Source: Lingula anatina
Taxonomy: Eukaryota > Animalia > Brachiopoda
Direction of reading: 5' to 3'
Assembly: GCA_051362555.1 (NCBI GenBank)
Contig: CM120642.1
Span: 13,578,001-13,642,000, forward strand
DNA: 64,000 bases
The position numbers and the translations under genes were made by a program. How positions within the stretch are numbered: position 1 is the first letter of the stretch; each line of letters starts with the position of its first letter. The notes beneath the pieces are model-generated. The model was not told the origin of the DNA. It did no database searches and was given only the letters and a program-made list of their open reading frames with translations. This document shows, in pieces, positions 34,774 to 48,154 of the stretch.

Positions 34774-37217
34774 TTAAATACTTCACTGCGGTAAGAACAG
34801 ACGGCAGAAAGCAGATATATGCAACACTCAGTTCTGGTGCTAAATCACTGTAGGCCTATAGTTTTGAGAGCGACGTATAGAGCAAAAAAGGCAGCCAATT
34901 GTCAATTTAATAAGGTAGGATCCAACGTAACATGTTGGATTGTAGGTACAAGTAAGTCAGAAAAGAGTTTTTATTTTCTTGTTCTTGATTGCTCTTTCCT
35001 TTTTGTACCAAATAAGGGGAGTTTTGTATGCATTTCTATTTGAAATGCATACTAGAAGACAAACAATGTAGTTTGGTATGTTGGTTGTTTATAAGTAGGC
35101 CTAAATAACAAGATGAATTATGAAAAGACAAAACACAATCCTAGCACATGTTAACGTTATAGGCCTCAGTGTGCTTTTTTTATCAAAATGAGTTTTCGCT
35201 CCTTGGAAGTATCGTCATTCTTTTGACGGATGCTTATCTTTCAATTTCTTTCAGCTTACCCAGATAAATTAAACTTATAATGGATGCCCGCCCACAGAAT
35301 TTACATAACAAATTATCCAGAATAGTCTGACTGTGTCAAAGTCCAAATAAACTGGCTGAAACAAAAACAAATTACTATATTAATGTTTTTCTTTTAATCT
35401 GAAATAGAAGTTGGTTTAGCCGTAAATGACGTAAATTGTGTTAGATGTGACAAACGCAAGGTGGACAACCATTGCTTTGACTTTTATTACCTCGATCCAC
35501 TGAGTCCGTGTCGTCTCAACTAGGTAGGGTCAATGCTGCAGAACATCGTGGTCCTCCTGCACTTAAGCATTTATCAGATATTTGTCGACAGGAGTAATAT
35601 GTTTTTACATTTAACTTTATTTGATAAATATTCTTCAAAAGCATCCCCTGAACCTGTTTGAGATACAATATTGCTATCCTTTACCAGGTTCACAGATAGG
35701 CTATTCATAGACATTTCTCTGACTACCGACTAGCCGTGAACATTTTGGTCCTGCAAGGATTCTGGCACAAAAACAAAGTCAACTGTACCCTGGTAAAGAG
35801 TTCTATATTTATGTCATTGAACAATATTTCATTACTGCAGATCTAAAGGCATAAACGAGCACCTCTAGGTTAGATTTGAAATGCGATTTGTCTATCTTCC
35901 GTGCCTACTCCTTGAGAAGACAGGGTGTGGCTGCGAGGTTTTGTACGTGATACGGTCTTCCGTGGCCTCTATGTTTTGTACACTTGGAAGTTATGACAAA
36001 CCTAAAAATCGTAAACGGTATTGATGATCAGTTCATGTATATTACTACTGACAGTCTAAAAAAAAAAAAAAAAAAACAAACCATCAGTACACCTATTAGA
36101 ATATAGGGTGGTCCATAAAAAACGGCCTATTTTGTTTTCCCTCTAAAATGTTTCTAATGAAATTGTTAAGGAGGAACCGGGGAGTCGATATAGACACTGT
36201 AATCTTCTAGCAGGATGGTGTACTGCCGCATTGTTCAAACAGAATGTTGGAATACCTTCGCCGATATTTCCCAGTGGACAGACTAGTCTCAGGTCGCACG
36301 ACCTTTCCTTGGCCACAATTCGAATACGATTGAGTAGATTTATGTTTCCCTGCTCATCAAATCGTATATGTTTGTTTTTGAACATTTCTGGCCCTAGTAA
36401 GCTTCTTCTTCTTCGATGAAAGTAATTGTAAGTACTGCATACATGCTTTTTTTCGCCAGCTCTAGGTTTATCTCAGAAACGCCGACAGGCTCTCAATCTA
36501 AATCACCTGATGAATCTGGCGCCATCTTTTTGGCAATGGCTCCTATATACCCCTCCCCTCAAAGACATTGTGGTGTTAATATATTTGGATATTTATTAAC
36601 ACAAAGAATATTATCATGGCTGATAATTGATAATCAGATTTGCTTTTCTAATGTAATGACTGCAATTTATGACGTTGGTAAAAATTATTATTATTTTTAT
36701 TTTATTTTATTTTTTATTTTGGCATAGAACGAAAACAATGCAGAGAAAAAGGTCATTTTTGGCGTAATTTACTCCATATGTTAATATGTAAAAACGGAAA
36801 ACATGTTAAATTTATGCCTTGTGTAATTCATGGACTTTCCTAGCAATAGACAGCGTTTCGTTACTCTATATTGTTCTCATTTTTTTTTTAATTGTGTTAT
36901 TTTTTAATAACAAAAAAATTCTGCTCAAACGGGACGAGCTGGGAAAAACCCAAGTATAGAATGCCAAGCCAAAAAAATTAGTATTTTACATTTTTGTCTT
37001 TATATATTTGAAGAGAACAAGGAAAAGAATTCGAAATGTTATTTAGAGTATAATAAATAATAGTTGTTCCTAGATTGGAGGAAGACTCTGTGAGCTACTG
37101 CTGTTTGGATAAGTAGCCCAACTCTGGATTTGCAATGTCTCTGGCACATCGGGCACTGGAAGTCTACATGTAGGCCTATGGTGACACTAACAGGCATGGG
37201 TAGGTCCTACTATTCTG

Positions 37218-37388
37218 TGCAGGTGTGACATGTACAGGAATGGAAGTCCTAGGAATGGAAGTCCCATATGGGGTCCCATATGATTAGTACAGGTTAGGGT
37301 TAGTCGGGGTATTGGGGTTAGTATATAGGACGAATGTCACCTGTACAAAGTAATGAGGAACGGACTACCACTCCTGCCACACCTGCAC
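37218..37388. mobile_element. Small TIR element with internal GGGTTA-like motifs
   Basis: gtgcaggtgtgacatgtacaggaatggaagtcc resembles the reverse complement of the right end, gtgcaggtgtggcaggagtggtagtcc; internal ggttagggttag. Confidence 0.5.
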
Positions 37389-37667
37389 TCTCTTGCTGCC
37401 TCATTTTCTCGTGCCTATCATTTTCGAAAGACCTTGTGCATTTGATGCAGTCGAGCGCCGCCAATCTCGGTCTCTGGCTGTAGTAGAAAGTTCAGCAAGG
37501 AGAAATGTTACACCATTTCGGGTGTTTAGAGTAACCAGTGTTAATAGTTTTGTAACAATTAAAATTCAAAACTTTTGAGTAGATACGTAAGACTTGTCTT
37601 TTTTTATGCGCAAGTCATGAAGTACACTCAAAATGATACGAACACGGAGTAACTACATTTATTGCCT

Positions 37668-37835
37668 TTCTTCGTTTAAAATGTGTCCATAAAATAAAAC
37701 CCATGTGCTCAGCTCTTCAAATGTCCCGATTTAGTGTGCATCCGAAAGCTCACTATAAATGAACACTAAAATCGCGGAGTTCAGATGCTCAGCACCTAGG
37801 CTATATTCTAGGGCACATTTGAGACGGGACGAAGA
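37668..37835. mobile_element. Degenerate palindromic MITE-like element
   Basis: aaatgtgtccataaaata...gtgctcagc...cgatttagtgtgcat pairs imperfectly with atgaacactaaaatcg...gctcagcac...tattctagggcacattt. Confidence 0.5.
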
Positions 37836-39843
37836 ACTCCAACATATGCATGCGTGCATTTACTACGTTCATATATAATACTCTATTGAGTCAACTGTGT
37901 GAAAAGGAGACCCAAACTACTATCGGCTTGGGAGTTTACGCCCTCCCTCTGGGAGGAGTCTCAGAGAGAAGTCTCCAGTAGACATTCAAATTCTTGATGA
38001 ACGGAAAGAGACTGCAACCCATTTTCACCTTTCTGCTCAACATTTCTCTTCTCACATTGTTATATAATGAACGGTATTGAAGACCCAGTAGTGCGATGAT
38101 TGATCCTCAACAGGTTATATTTGTTTTTATTGTTAATTTTAACGCACACCTGATCAATTGAGTCAACTAAGTGGTGGATGTTCCCCGGCGCGGTTTTACT
38201 TACCAGACACCGAAAATAAAAAAGTCAACATTCGCATCAATATCGCACTATGTAATGCATACAAAGGCATAACCTATTTCTGAGGCAGAGTTCAGTGACA
38301 GTAAAAAACTATTTATACCCAATTTCTCCATTAATAAAGAAAAACCATGCGCAAATATCAACAACTCGAAACTATAGGCCCCTATCTACAAGAAAAAAGC
38401 TATTATCTCCAATGTCAAACCCAATAGCTGTCAGGCATCCTGGTTTGAATTTTTAATGTAAAACACCTCATATAATAATACATTTTTATAAAAAAATGTT
38501 AAAAAAGGGAGTATGGCATCACCCCCTCCCCCCAACACTATGTATTTCTTTGCCGTTCACACACAGTGCAATGATTGAGTTAAATTATGAGATGACGCAG
38601 GAGGCGTCTTATTTCAACTGAAATCGTTCAAGACTATTTCCCACACGTATGGCATTTTGAATAAAATATAACAACAGGTTGACATTATGTAGGCGGTGTA
38701 TAGTGCTATTAGTCGAGAAATAAACTGTCTGAAACGCCATTTGTTGTCTTAAATTCATCTCTTAACTCACCTGACACCTCGTTGTTCTGATCGCTTTTAA
38801 AAGACAGGTGTTACAACAGCAAATTGCTTCCTTGGGCTGATCATAAAAATATTTTAAGATGCGTTATTTTACAGACCAGTTCTGACAGCTTGATTTGGTT
38901 TAGCACTATTTTAGTTAAAAGTTGAGTTTTGCCCTGGACTAGTTTTTCAAAACAACTAGAGCCCCGTCATTGGTTTGAATTTCTAGACCCAAAATTTAGT
39001 CGACTTCAGTTCATGATCAATTCACAGCTGTCCATTTAATTAAAATAGGTGTTTCATTCTGTTGGAGTATCACAGGTTAACCTTGTGTCAAAGAAGGCAC
39101 AACTTAAAGCTAAGACCAGTTTTCGAGCTATAGCTCTTTTGTGTGACAGGCACTAATGTCTCACCTAAAAAATATTAAGCACATTTTTACAGGTCGCTTG
39201 CTGAACCTTGTAGCTAGGATAGATAGAAATCACTATCAACTGGCCTGTTGCTGAGATAGCACAGTGATCAGGAGACTGCAAATGCGTTTCTGGTTAAACC
39301 AATCTGACAGTGATCTGATTTAGAGTTAACCCCCCCCCCCCTCCCGTATGATGGTGATGTGATGAGTTAAGTATTTTGTGTCATGTGCAAATCATGTCAC
39401 TGTCACTTGCACTACAATGCACATCAATGTTGCATCGTCTGAAGTCAATAAAAAGTGTTATATCAATTTACTTAATTCTGTGCTGCCCTTCAGTTGAAAC
39501 TTGATACAGTTGATCGACCGTAGGGTCTCTATATTAATAATGCATATAAAACAATCACAGTGACTGGTGTCAGGATGTTTTAATCTCATATTTCACTCTT
39601 AGAATTCCCCACTGGGCCGTCAATTTAAGTATTTTGCCAACGTTTGATGTCGAATCATTAGGCCTATCACGAATCCATTCTTCATTCTCTTGATTCTTAA
39701 GCCTTCGTACATGTATTTCTCTAGCGTATCTTTTATGTCTCACGACGGACGGTTCTTCTGGTTGTCCTCATTCTTTTTCGCCCCTGTCTTTATTTTCTTT
39801 ATTGTTTGCATAGTACTCTCTTTCCCTTGTATTTCTTTATTTC

Positions 39844-40771
39844 TTATCTCGGATCATCATCTTTGCTGTGCCCTGAGTCTTCTTCTTCCTCATCGTCATC
39901 GTCACTGTCGCCATAATCTTCACCCTTATGTATCTTCATGGCGATGACGTTTACTGCCATAGACATAACTACCAGGCCCAGAATGATGTAACAATCTCTG
40001 GCCACCAGTATAGGGAGTTCGTTAGTTATTGAAGGAACAATGTCCCCTAGTCCGATAGTGGTGATGGTGATAAAACTGAAGTAGAAACTTTCGAAGTACG
40101 TCCACGGTTCACACAGAGAGAAAAGGATCGTTCCCAGCAACAGGTGCAGGAAGAGGATTGTCACGGCCCAGTAGACGGGGATGTACGTTTTACGTTTTTT
40201 AATTTTTTCGGTTTGGGTTCTGACACTTACGCACGAGATGGATTGGACGTTTCCAGCGTTGCAATCAGACCGCGTGGTTCTGGGTTCCCAAACTTGGTCT
40301 TCTTCGGAGATGACGTCAACTAGTTGCATACTTGTCGTTTGACCATACCGTGATGTTGTTTGTATCACCCGATCTTTTGGCTGGTTTCTTGGTTTTTTCG
40401 GTGGTTTTTCCCGACGGCATTTTGGTATGCAACAATGTATTTTATTTGTTAGTTTGTACAGTTTGTGCAATGCAGCACAGACGCGATCTGCAACCTTAGC
40501 CAGCAGAACGAGTGTCAATGGTATTCCGATGATAGCGGTAAACATAGTCATCACTCGGCCCCATACTGTCTTTGGGGCAATGTTTCCGTAACCTAGGGAA
40601 AAAGTTATCATATTTTGAAATATAAAAAGAAAGTTATAAATGCTACTTACTTCTGTTAATTACAAAACATTTGAAATAAAGCATGCATTAAAGAGCAGTT
40701 TAATTGAACATTGTTTCTCGCAAAGCACCTTATTTCTCTATAGTGATGTACAGATTTGAACTTTTAATCGC

Positions 40772-40863
<92 letters not shown>

Positions 40864-41343
40864 ACCTATAGTGGAAACGACAGTGGCCACGAAGTATATC
40901 CCACTCCAGAAAGACCAAGTGGGCGGAGGCTCCCATTGCCCAGACGCCCCAAGTCGGTACCCTGCCTCAAAGGCCTTGGTCAGTTTCATTTCATAATCCA
41001 ATATAGCATCGTGTATATATTCGCCCCTGGTATGGTTAGCCAGGTACATCGTTATGATGTCAATGCATGTGGTTTCGTTACCACACGATAGTACCACAAG
41101 TTTGTGTCTCATTTCTGTGGTATTGTAGTTTGGGATCACGGAGTCTCTTCCAGAGTTTTCTATGTGAGAGATGGCCACCGCTGCAAGGGCGATTACGATA
41201 AGGTTATAACACAAATAGGCTGGAACCGAACTGAAGATTTTCCCAGGACTTGGTAGACATGCCAGACAAGTTGAACACCATCTTGACCTTCTGGTGCCTA
41301 CTTTCACAAGTGTATTTGTACGGGTGTTGCATGGCTTCTCCAT
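39844..41343 (-). CDS. Two-pore-domain (K2P/TWIK-family) potassium channel, about 408 aa; exons 41343-40866 and 40592-39844
   Basis: 4 TM / 2 pore topology: P1 WSFWSGIYFVATVVSTIG|YGNIAPKTVWGR (intron inside the filter), M2 IIGIPLTLVLL, P2 WTYFESFYFSFITITTIGLGDIVP; extracellular cap after M1 and a long M2-M3 loop. Confidence 0.93.
40777..40860. repeat. (CT)n(CA)n compound microsatellite next to the K2P 5' splice site
   Basis: Direct reading; it reads (TG)n(AG)n on the transcript, starting within a few nt of the GT donor. Confidence 0.95.
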
Positions 41344-43490
41344 CTCTAACTTAACTACTGTACGGTAGTAAAATCGTAAATTGCAATATCAGTTGTTGAT
41401 CAGTCTTGCTTACTCATGCAAGCGCAGAATCATATTATTATCCCGTTGGTAGAACAGAAACATAAAGCAGACAATTGATATGCCATAACGCTGCAGCATT
41501 TGCACGGCAAATAAATTAGCAGCAATGCATACGATGCTCCAGATCTATTTCAGCCTCTTATTTGAGAAAAATGATTACGCAAGTGTGATTCTTCTTCCTT
41601 CTTTGAAGCTTTCGGTGCTTCGAACCCGAACATACATATGCTTAAATAATCCTTTTAACAACTGGCTATTAAAATCAACTCCAATCCTTCACGGTATTCC
41701 CTTAGAGTTAACTGTTATTGCGTGCTGCTAAAATGTCGATGAGACTCTAAAGCGTTGGAAGGAAATAGAACGGCCCCCTTCCGTAAACTCACCATGTTTC
41801 CTGTACGGTTTAAAAAGATGAAGAAAGCTAATGTAACCAGTTGTGAGGAAGCCAACTCATTAAATTGGTTTTCCCAACCAATCGCTTGTGATATTTATAT
41901 GTAGTTGCAGGTGCCAGTCATGTATAAGCACCATCTTTTATTGATGTAGCAGGCATGGCATGCCCGTTAACGGAGATAACATCCGATATCACATTTGTCA
42001 GGTTGCTCTCTTACCTTAATGTTTAAGGAGGAGCGTGTACTTTGCTTCGCTGTAAGTGGTGTGGGCACTGAGATAAACTGAAATGTCGCGTTGACGTTGG
42101 TAAACAAAACCTTTAATATGTGTGATATAGAGGTCATGCAGTCAAATTGTGTATTCGAAGGATTTTATTTTCATTCTCTATGGTTGTACTGTATACACTA
42201 TCTGTCGTCACATTTTTGGGAGATTTTTTGTTTTGAACTTTTTTCGCTGATCCTTAAGGACGGGTCTTTTTCAAGTGCAAATATCCTTCAGTTTTTTTCA
42301 CTTACCATTGTCTTGAAATTTGCTTTACATGAAACAATTGCGCCACAGTACCATAAGTATAATTTTGAACACAAAAACACCAAGGTTACGCTTTGGATTT
42401 ACTGTTAATGATACCTTTATGAAGTATCAATCAATAATAAATGAACCATTTCTTTGGTTGTCAAAATCACACGTACATGTAGAAAAATGGGCCATTCAAT
42501 GCCTTTTCATTATTTATGCTACTACAAGTGCTTTGTGACAATCAACGCACTTGTCACAATGTAATTTTATCTTGTAACGCTATTAAATATGTATACCACT
42601 GGTTCAGTTTTAGCATGTTCTGCGACAAAAATATAGCAACTTGCCAAATGATAGCGAGTATTTAGACTTTTCCTAAAATACGGAAGCCCATAAGTGCCAC
42701 CGCATGAAAATAATTAATTATCTGGCACTATATTTGGACTTGGGTGTTTCTGGAGCGGGTTAAGCTACAAGACGGTTCTGAGTGCTGTAGCCACCGAACT
42801 GTGATTAGTGATTGTTAAATCGATAATATTTCTTAAAATAAATCGGCAGTCATGAAGATTATTTGTTACGATTGACCAGGGTGCTGGTGCACGTTTCTTC
42901 ACTTCACGTCTCTCACACATGCTTGTTCTTTTTCTTCAGTTTTCCTTGTTAATTACCTATCACTCTCTTCTTTCATCTTGACAGCCTCTTTAAATTGTCA
43001 TTTAAAATCCCACTCACTTGGGTCTTTTCTTACTTTCTAATGTTTCTCTCCTGGTTACTAAAAGAATCACTGCGATTGAGCCACTTAGCTCAGGTTCTCT
43101 TAGTGACATTCACCATGTTTTACGATGTGTTCATTTATTACCCATATAATCCATCTTTCTCTATATCCTTGCAATTTTAATTATTGGTGTTATTTGCGTT
43201 ACATTTTACACAAGTCTGCATTTTGACATCTTTTGTAGCTTTAAATAATTTATATTGTAAACAGTCTGGCTCTCGTTTTCCCTCTTTTAGTTTTAAATAA
43301 GTAGACACTGGACAGGAAAGTATTAAATGTATTGTGCATTTTAGCTCTCATGCTGTCACAGAACGTGACATTATGAAGTGTCCTTTCAGTCACGGGGGTT
43401 TATCTTCTAATGGTTATCTTATATTCTGTTGTTTGCCTTGTATGTCTGGCTGTCATTTTATGGGAATGTGCTGTGGAACTCAGTTTTTAA

Positions 43491-45085
43491 GGGATCTTGG
43501 ATATTAACGAAAAACTCCAAAACTAATGCAGCTAATGAAATTTCCTATTAACTTAAAGATAAGATCTAGCAAGCCAAACAATTTTTCAAAGTTTGTAGTC
43601 ACAGTGTAACACGAGTGACGTAATATCAGCGTTTTGAGGCTAAAATTGTCTTTTTTTTAATCAAGAATTTCTCTTAAACAAAAAGCCCTATTAATACGAT
43701 TGAAATAGCTATCTAAAAGTTAGCACAAACTCCAGTGATCTCTGTCAGGATTTTCTCTTTTTATTTTTGCTTTTTATTTTATTTTGATAAAACGTGAATT
43801 TTACGAAATATATATGGACCTTCCAATTTCAGTATTAATAACTTCAAAAATAAAAGGTCAATCCAAAAACCAAGACTCAGTCGACTAGATATTATACTGA
43901 AACAGAGACACATCAAATTTCATGTCAATCTGACAGTTACAGAATGAGATATGGGTATTGAAGTTTAGACTATGTTATCAATCTTCAAAGCTGAGAAATC
44001 GCTCCTAAACCATTTTGCTCAGGTAATTGGGCTATTTAAGCAAAATAATTGCACCTCCACCTTACCTGTTATCATCTTGTTGATCGGGAAGGTCTATACA
44101 CCATTACGTGTTAAAATTGGGTTGTTTGTTTCTATCTAGATGCCAGAAAATCTTACTTTTGTACGCAAACTTATTCGTACCACGAAAGCCGCTCTTCCCT
44201 GAGAAATGATTGACAGCTGAGTAGGTCTACCTTCTCTCGTTTCACTGACGTAATTAATCATAATTGTGCCTGACGCAGTAGGAGTCTGTGCACTGTCTGG
44301 GAAGTGTCTAAGGAAGCGCTTACAAACAAAAAGAGGATTACTTGTTGTGCCAGCAGAGGAAATTTGCCACCCGTCGTGCGTGGACGCCGCTCTACACACC
44401 AAGACACGAAAATTGAGAAAGCAAAGCAAGATTTACTCCGAGAAATGGCCGAATGTGGGTACGCATATGCCATGATGCCACAGAGTGCCAAGACCGTAAT
44501 ATGCGAATTTGAAAATGTTTTGGGTGGCAATATTACTTAAAAACTTGCTTGCTATTACAATCTTTATTGTGCATAAAATGATTGCCTAACGATTTTTTTC
44601 TGACAACCCCAGACGTTGTACGAATACTCAGCAGTTCAAGTGTGATCTCAAGTCTTTACCTAGACGTGATTTAGACGCTATAGTAGAAAATTTAATATAT
44701 CGTACACTCTCTTTCAAAATTCTCTTGCTTTCCTCGCTCATCCGTTTTCTCACGACTTTCTTTCTTCCCATGACTGTTTATATAACTGTGTTCCGCTTAG
44801 CTGACGTAAGACTTATGAGCTGCCAGGGCACGCGTAACAGCTTAAGAAGTTAGACAACCATTCTTGCCCCGCCCCCCATAGTAACGGTGCTTGACAACAG
44901 AGGCGGAGCCTAAAGCCTGCCACCCGTACCAGTCAGGACAGGTAGAAAAACTCGTCCAAATGTATATTTTTAGTCCGTGTTTCACAAATATAACTTAATT
45001 GAGTATTAGATACAAAATTGATTATTTCTAACGTATAAAAAACTAAAAATCGAGTTTTAGACGTATTTTTAATATCCTAGACCCC
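43491..45085. mobile_element. Non-autonomous TTAA-flanked DNA transposon (Kolobok-like)
   Basis: TTAA|gggatcttggatattaa ... ttaatatcctagacccc|TTAA, with imperfect TIRs, GG termini and no long ORF. Confidence 0.6.
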
Positions 45086-47221
45086 TTAAAGTCGGTTATA
45101 AAAGTAAAAAGATACAGAATGTTATTCTACATGGCCCTTACAAAGCATTTATTCCCCTTTGAATTCGAATATATCTTTAAATCATTATTTCCAGATTATA
45201 GGTTGTAAAATCCACAATGACCTAATATTTAGATGAGTCAGAACGAGATAGCAGATCATCATGAGGCCTTTAAATTGAGTAACTGGCACTAAATGACAAA
45301 TTAGAATTAGAGACTATTTAAATGTACACATGGTGACGCTAGATGGGGGCCCTGTGGTGTCTGAAGTCATTTGGCAGATAACTTCGTGTGAATAGAAATG
45401 AAATGCATAGATCTGCTAACTCCATGCAAGCACCGAAAAGAGAAGGAAATTTAACTGTTATTCCTCAGATAATATACGGCTGCATTTTCAAAACCGCGAG
45501 CTTCCGCCGATTCAGAATAATCTGACGTTACGATATGCTGATTATTTTAACTGCCTAACGTCGTTTTGGTTTAAATGTTTTTGTAATGGACTTATGAGCC
45601 CCCCCCCCCCCCCCCCCCCCCCCCAATTATTGGTTTTCATTAAACAAAAGCATTACTTTGCTTTATCAACGATAAAATCTGAACTAAGACTTTTAAGGAA
45701 AATCGCTGGAGTACTAATTGGTGTCATTAAATCGGCGTTGAAACGGTGATCGTGGGTGCTCAGGTAAAAGAGAAATTTTAGAAACCGATTTTTCAGTTTT
45801 TACCCCAAAATTGCAATTATGACGTCACGGATAAGATGACATTTGTGTAAATGTTAATTTATTTAGTCACTGAACACTGAAGATTATCTGTTATCCCCAA
45901 AAGAATGTATGTAAGGCAGTAAATGAGAAGCTTTGGGCGAAGAGTGACAATATCCTTAAATGGACGATTTTTTTCACTTAATCCTTTTAGGATGGGAATA
46001 CAACACTCATGGTTTTGTCACGTATGCAAAAGCTGAAAACATTAGCTTAATGTATATCAGGGAAAGAGGTGAATATTTTCATCAGTTTAATCGAAAAACA
46101 TCTCACGGGAGTTGAGCGTTAAATTAAATCATTTACCAGCGCGTTCAATGTCTGCATTGAAAGGACTAAGCTGCAACAAGCCAGATGGGTAATCCGATGC
46201 AAAAATATGAACAATTTTTTCATTCAACAATATAGATATACATGTATTTTCAGTAAGTTAATGTAATTTGACTGAGCTTGGTTGAATATGCACTGGCAGT
46301 TCGATATTTTCCACAAAAGCCGACGAAATTCCAACATATAGTTTCGAATAGTGTACGTAACTTAAAGAAATACCAGTTGAAAAATAAAATATGAACGGAT
46401 ATTTTCTGCTCACTTCCTGTGCTGTATATTTACAGGGCAGATAAGTAGGTCAGATAAGTAGGTCAATTTACGACAAAAAAAGTGAAGGAGGTGTAGTTGT
46501 AAAGTTCTTTTATGGCATATTAAGTGATCGATTCGGTTTATCCCGTGGCATGTCGACTTAATTTGAGTCGTAAAAGAAACTAGTAAAAGTGCTTTTATGT
46601 GTTTCACTGGGAACCCACGCTCGCTGCAGATATAGTCCTATCTTTAAGATTTCAATCTTTTCTCGTTTTCAATTTGATTTGTCTCCTAATTTCTTTAACC
46701 ACCTAGATTCTCGTGCATCAAAATATTTTGAACCCTTCCGATAGGAACTTTTCTCAATAATTCATCTACATGTGTACTTCAAGCACACTTCAGTCGCCAC
46801 AAGTATTTGTAAATACATAATGAAAGCTTCACAGAAGCAAGGTTCCAATAAATACCCCTGAAAACTAAGAAAGTCCTAACCCCAAGTTTATTTTGGCTCA
46901 GATATGACGGATATCATGTAAGTAATTATTATGGAATCCCAGGAGGGCCAAGCGAAAAAAAATTGAAAAAAAAATTTTTTTTTGAAAAAAAAAATTTTTT
47001 TGAAAAAAAAAAAAAAATTGAAAAAAAAATTTGAAAAAAAAATTTTTTTGAAAAAAAAAATTGCGAAATTTGCGAGATCGCGTGTAATCCCGCGAGATCG
47101 CGCGTAATCCTGCGTGGCCACGTGAAATCCCGCGATACCGAGCAAATTTTATTTCAAAAGGAAATCAAGAAAAAGAGAAAAAAAATCACGATATCTCACG
47201 AGAAATTGCGAGAATAGAAAC

Positions 47222-48119
47222 ATGGCGGAAGAAGCCACGATGTGTTTAAAATGCCAACATAGCACGGACTATGAACAACAGGCTCACATTCTCATTTGTA
47301 AATCATGCGGATGTGATAATATATTGCACGTAAGTTGTTTTCTCTTTATTCTTTATGCAGATGATAGTGTGACGTATAGTATTATTAGTGAATCAAGGAC
47401 GAGTGTCCTCTTAGTCTTATTTCTTTACTATTACTAGTATTAGAACGTACTAGGGGCAATAAAAGAAGATAGCAACACCGGTTAAATAAATATGTCGCCT
47501 TTCCTGACACAGTGACACTGACTGGTTATGCAAACGTCTTCATTGGGTATTTAACTTATTTTACATACATTTACATAAATTTACAGTATTTTTCATTAGA
47601 CTTCCTCGAAACAATTATTAAACCACACGTGTACAGTTCCCGTTAAGGATAGGAATGTTGAAAGTATTGCTTTTCATTTGTAATTTACGTTTGTAGAGTG
47701 TCGTCGGTGCTTGTAACAAAAGGCAATGTCGATGTCCAGGATACCGAAAAATTAGAACCATCAGACATTGTGTCAACTGTGGGCACTTGCCCATGGATCA
47801 GGACTTCAAATTTGGTGAGCAAATTCAGTGTTTGTCTTTTTTCAACATGGATCTACCAAGTTATTTGTGTTAAAATACAATAAGAATTGAAATAGTTTCA
47901 TATATGATATTACTTGAAATATTTTTAATTCTTGGGCTTCAGTTTGTCAATGCAAATAATAGTTATTTTATGAGAGCATGAAACAGAAGTTGATTTAAGA
48001 AAATATAAAATATAAATCATAAAATTGAATTAGGTGGATTTAACCTGTATAATTCACCTTTTATGTTGAGGCACACATCTCCAGTGTTATTATCAAAGCT
48101 TTTCTTTGGGCTACAAGTA

Positions 48120-48154
<35 letters not shown>

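Noticed and set aside
36104-36560. Possible transposase remnant or TIR start (tagggtggtccataaaa)
   Set aside because: No matching opposite TIR was found, the frames are interrupted, and no motif is recognisable.
37292-37321. Telomeric TTAGGG-like motifs
   Set aside because: Only 2-3 degenerate units, inside a small TIR element.
44136-44540. Cluster of overlapping short ORFs
   Set aside because: GC-richer interior of the TTAA-flanked element with no recognisable protein motif.
46888-47145. Phe/Lys-rich ORF, mirrored at 53171-53428
   Set aside because: Translation of the A/T tracts in the transposon TIRs.
47698-47883. Listed 61-aa ORF as transposase exon 2
   Set aside because: Wrong frame; splice phases require the Cys-rich frame starting at 47697.
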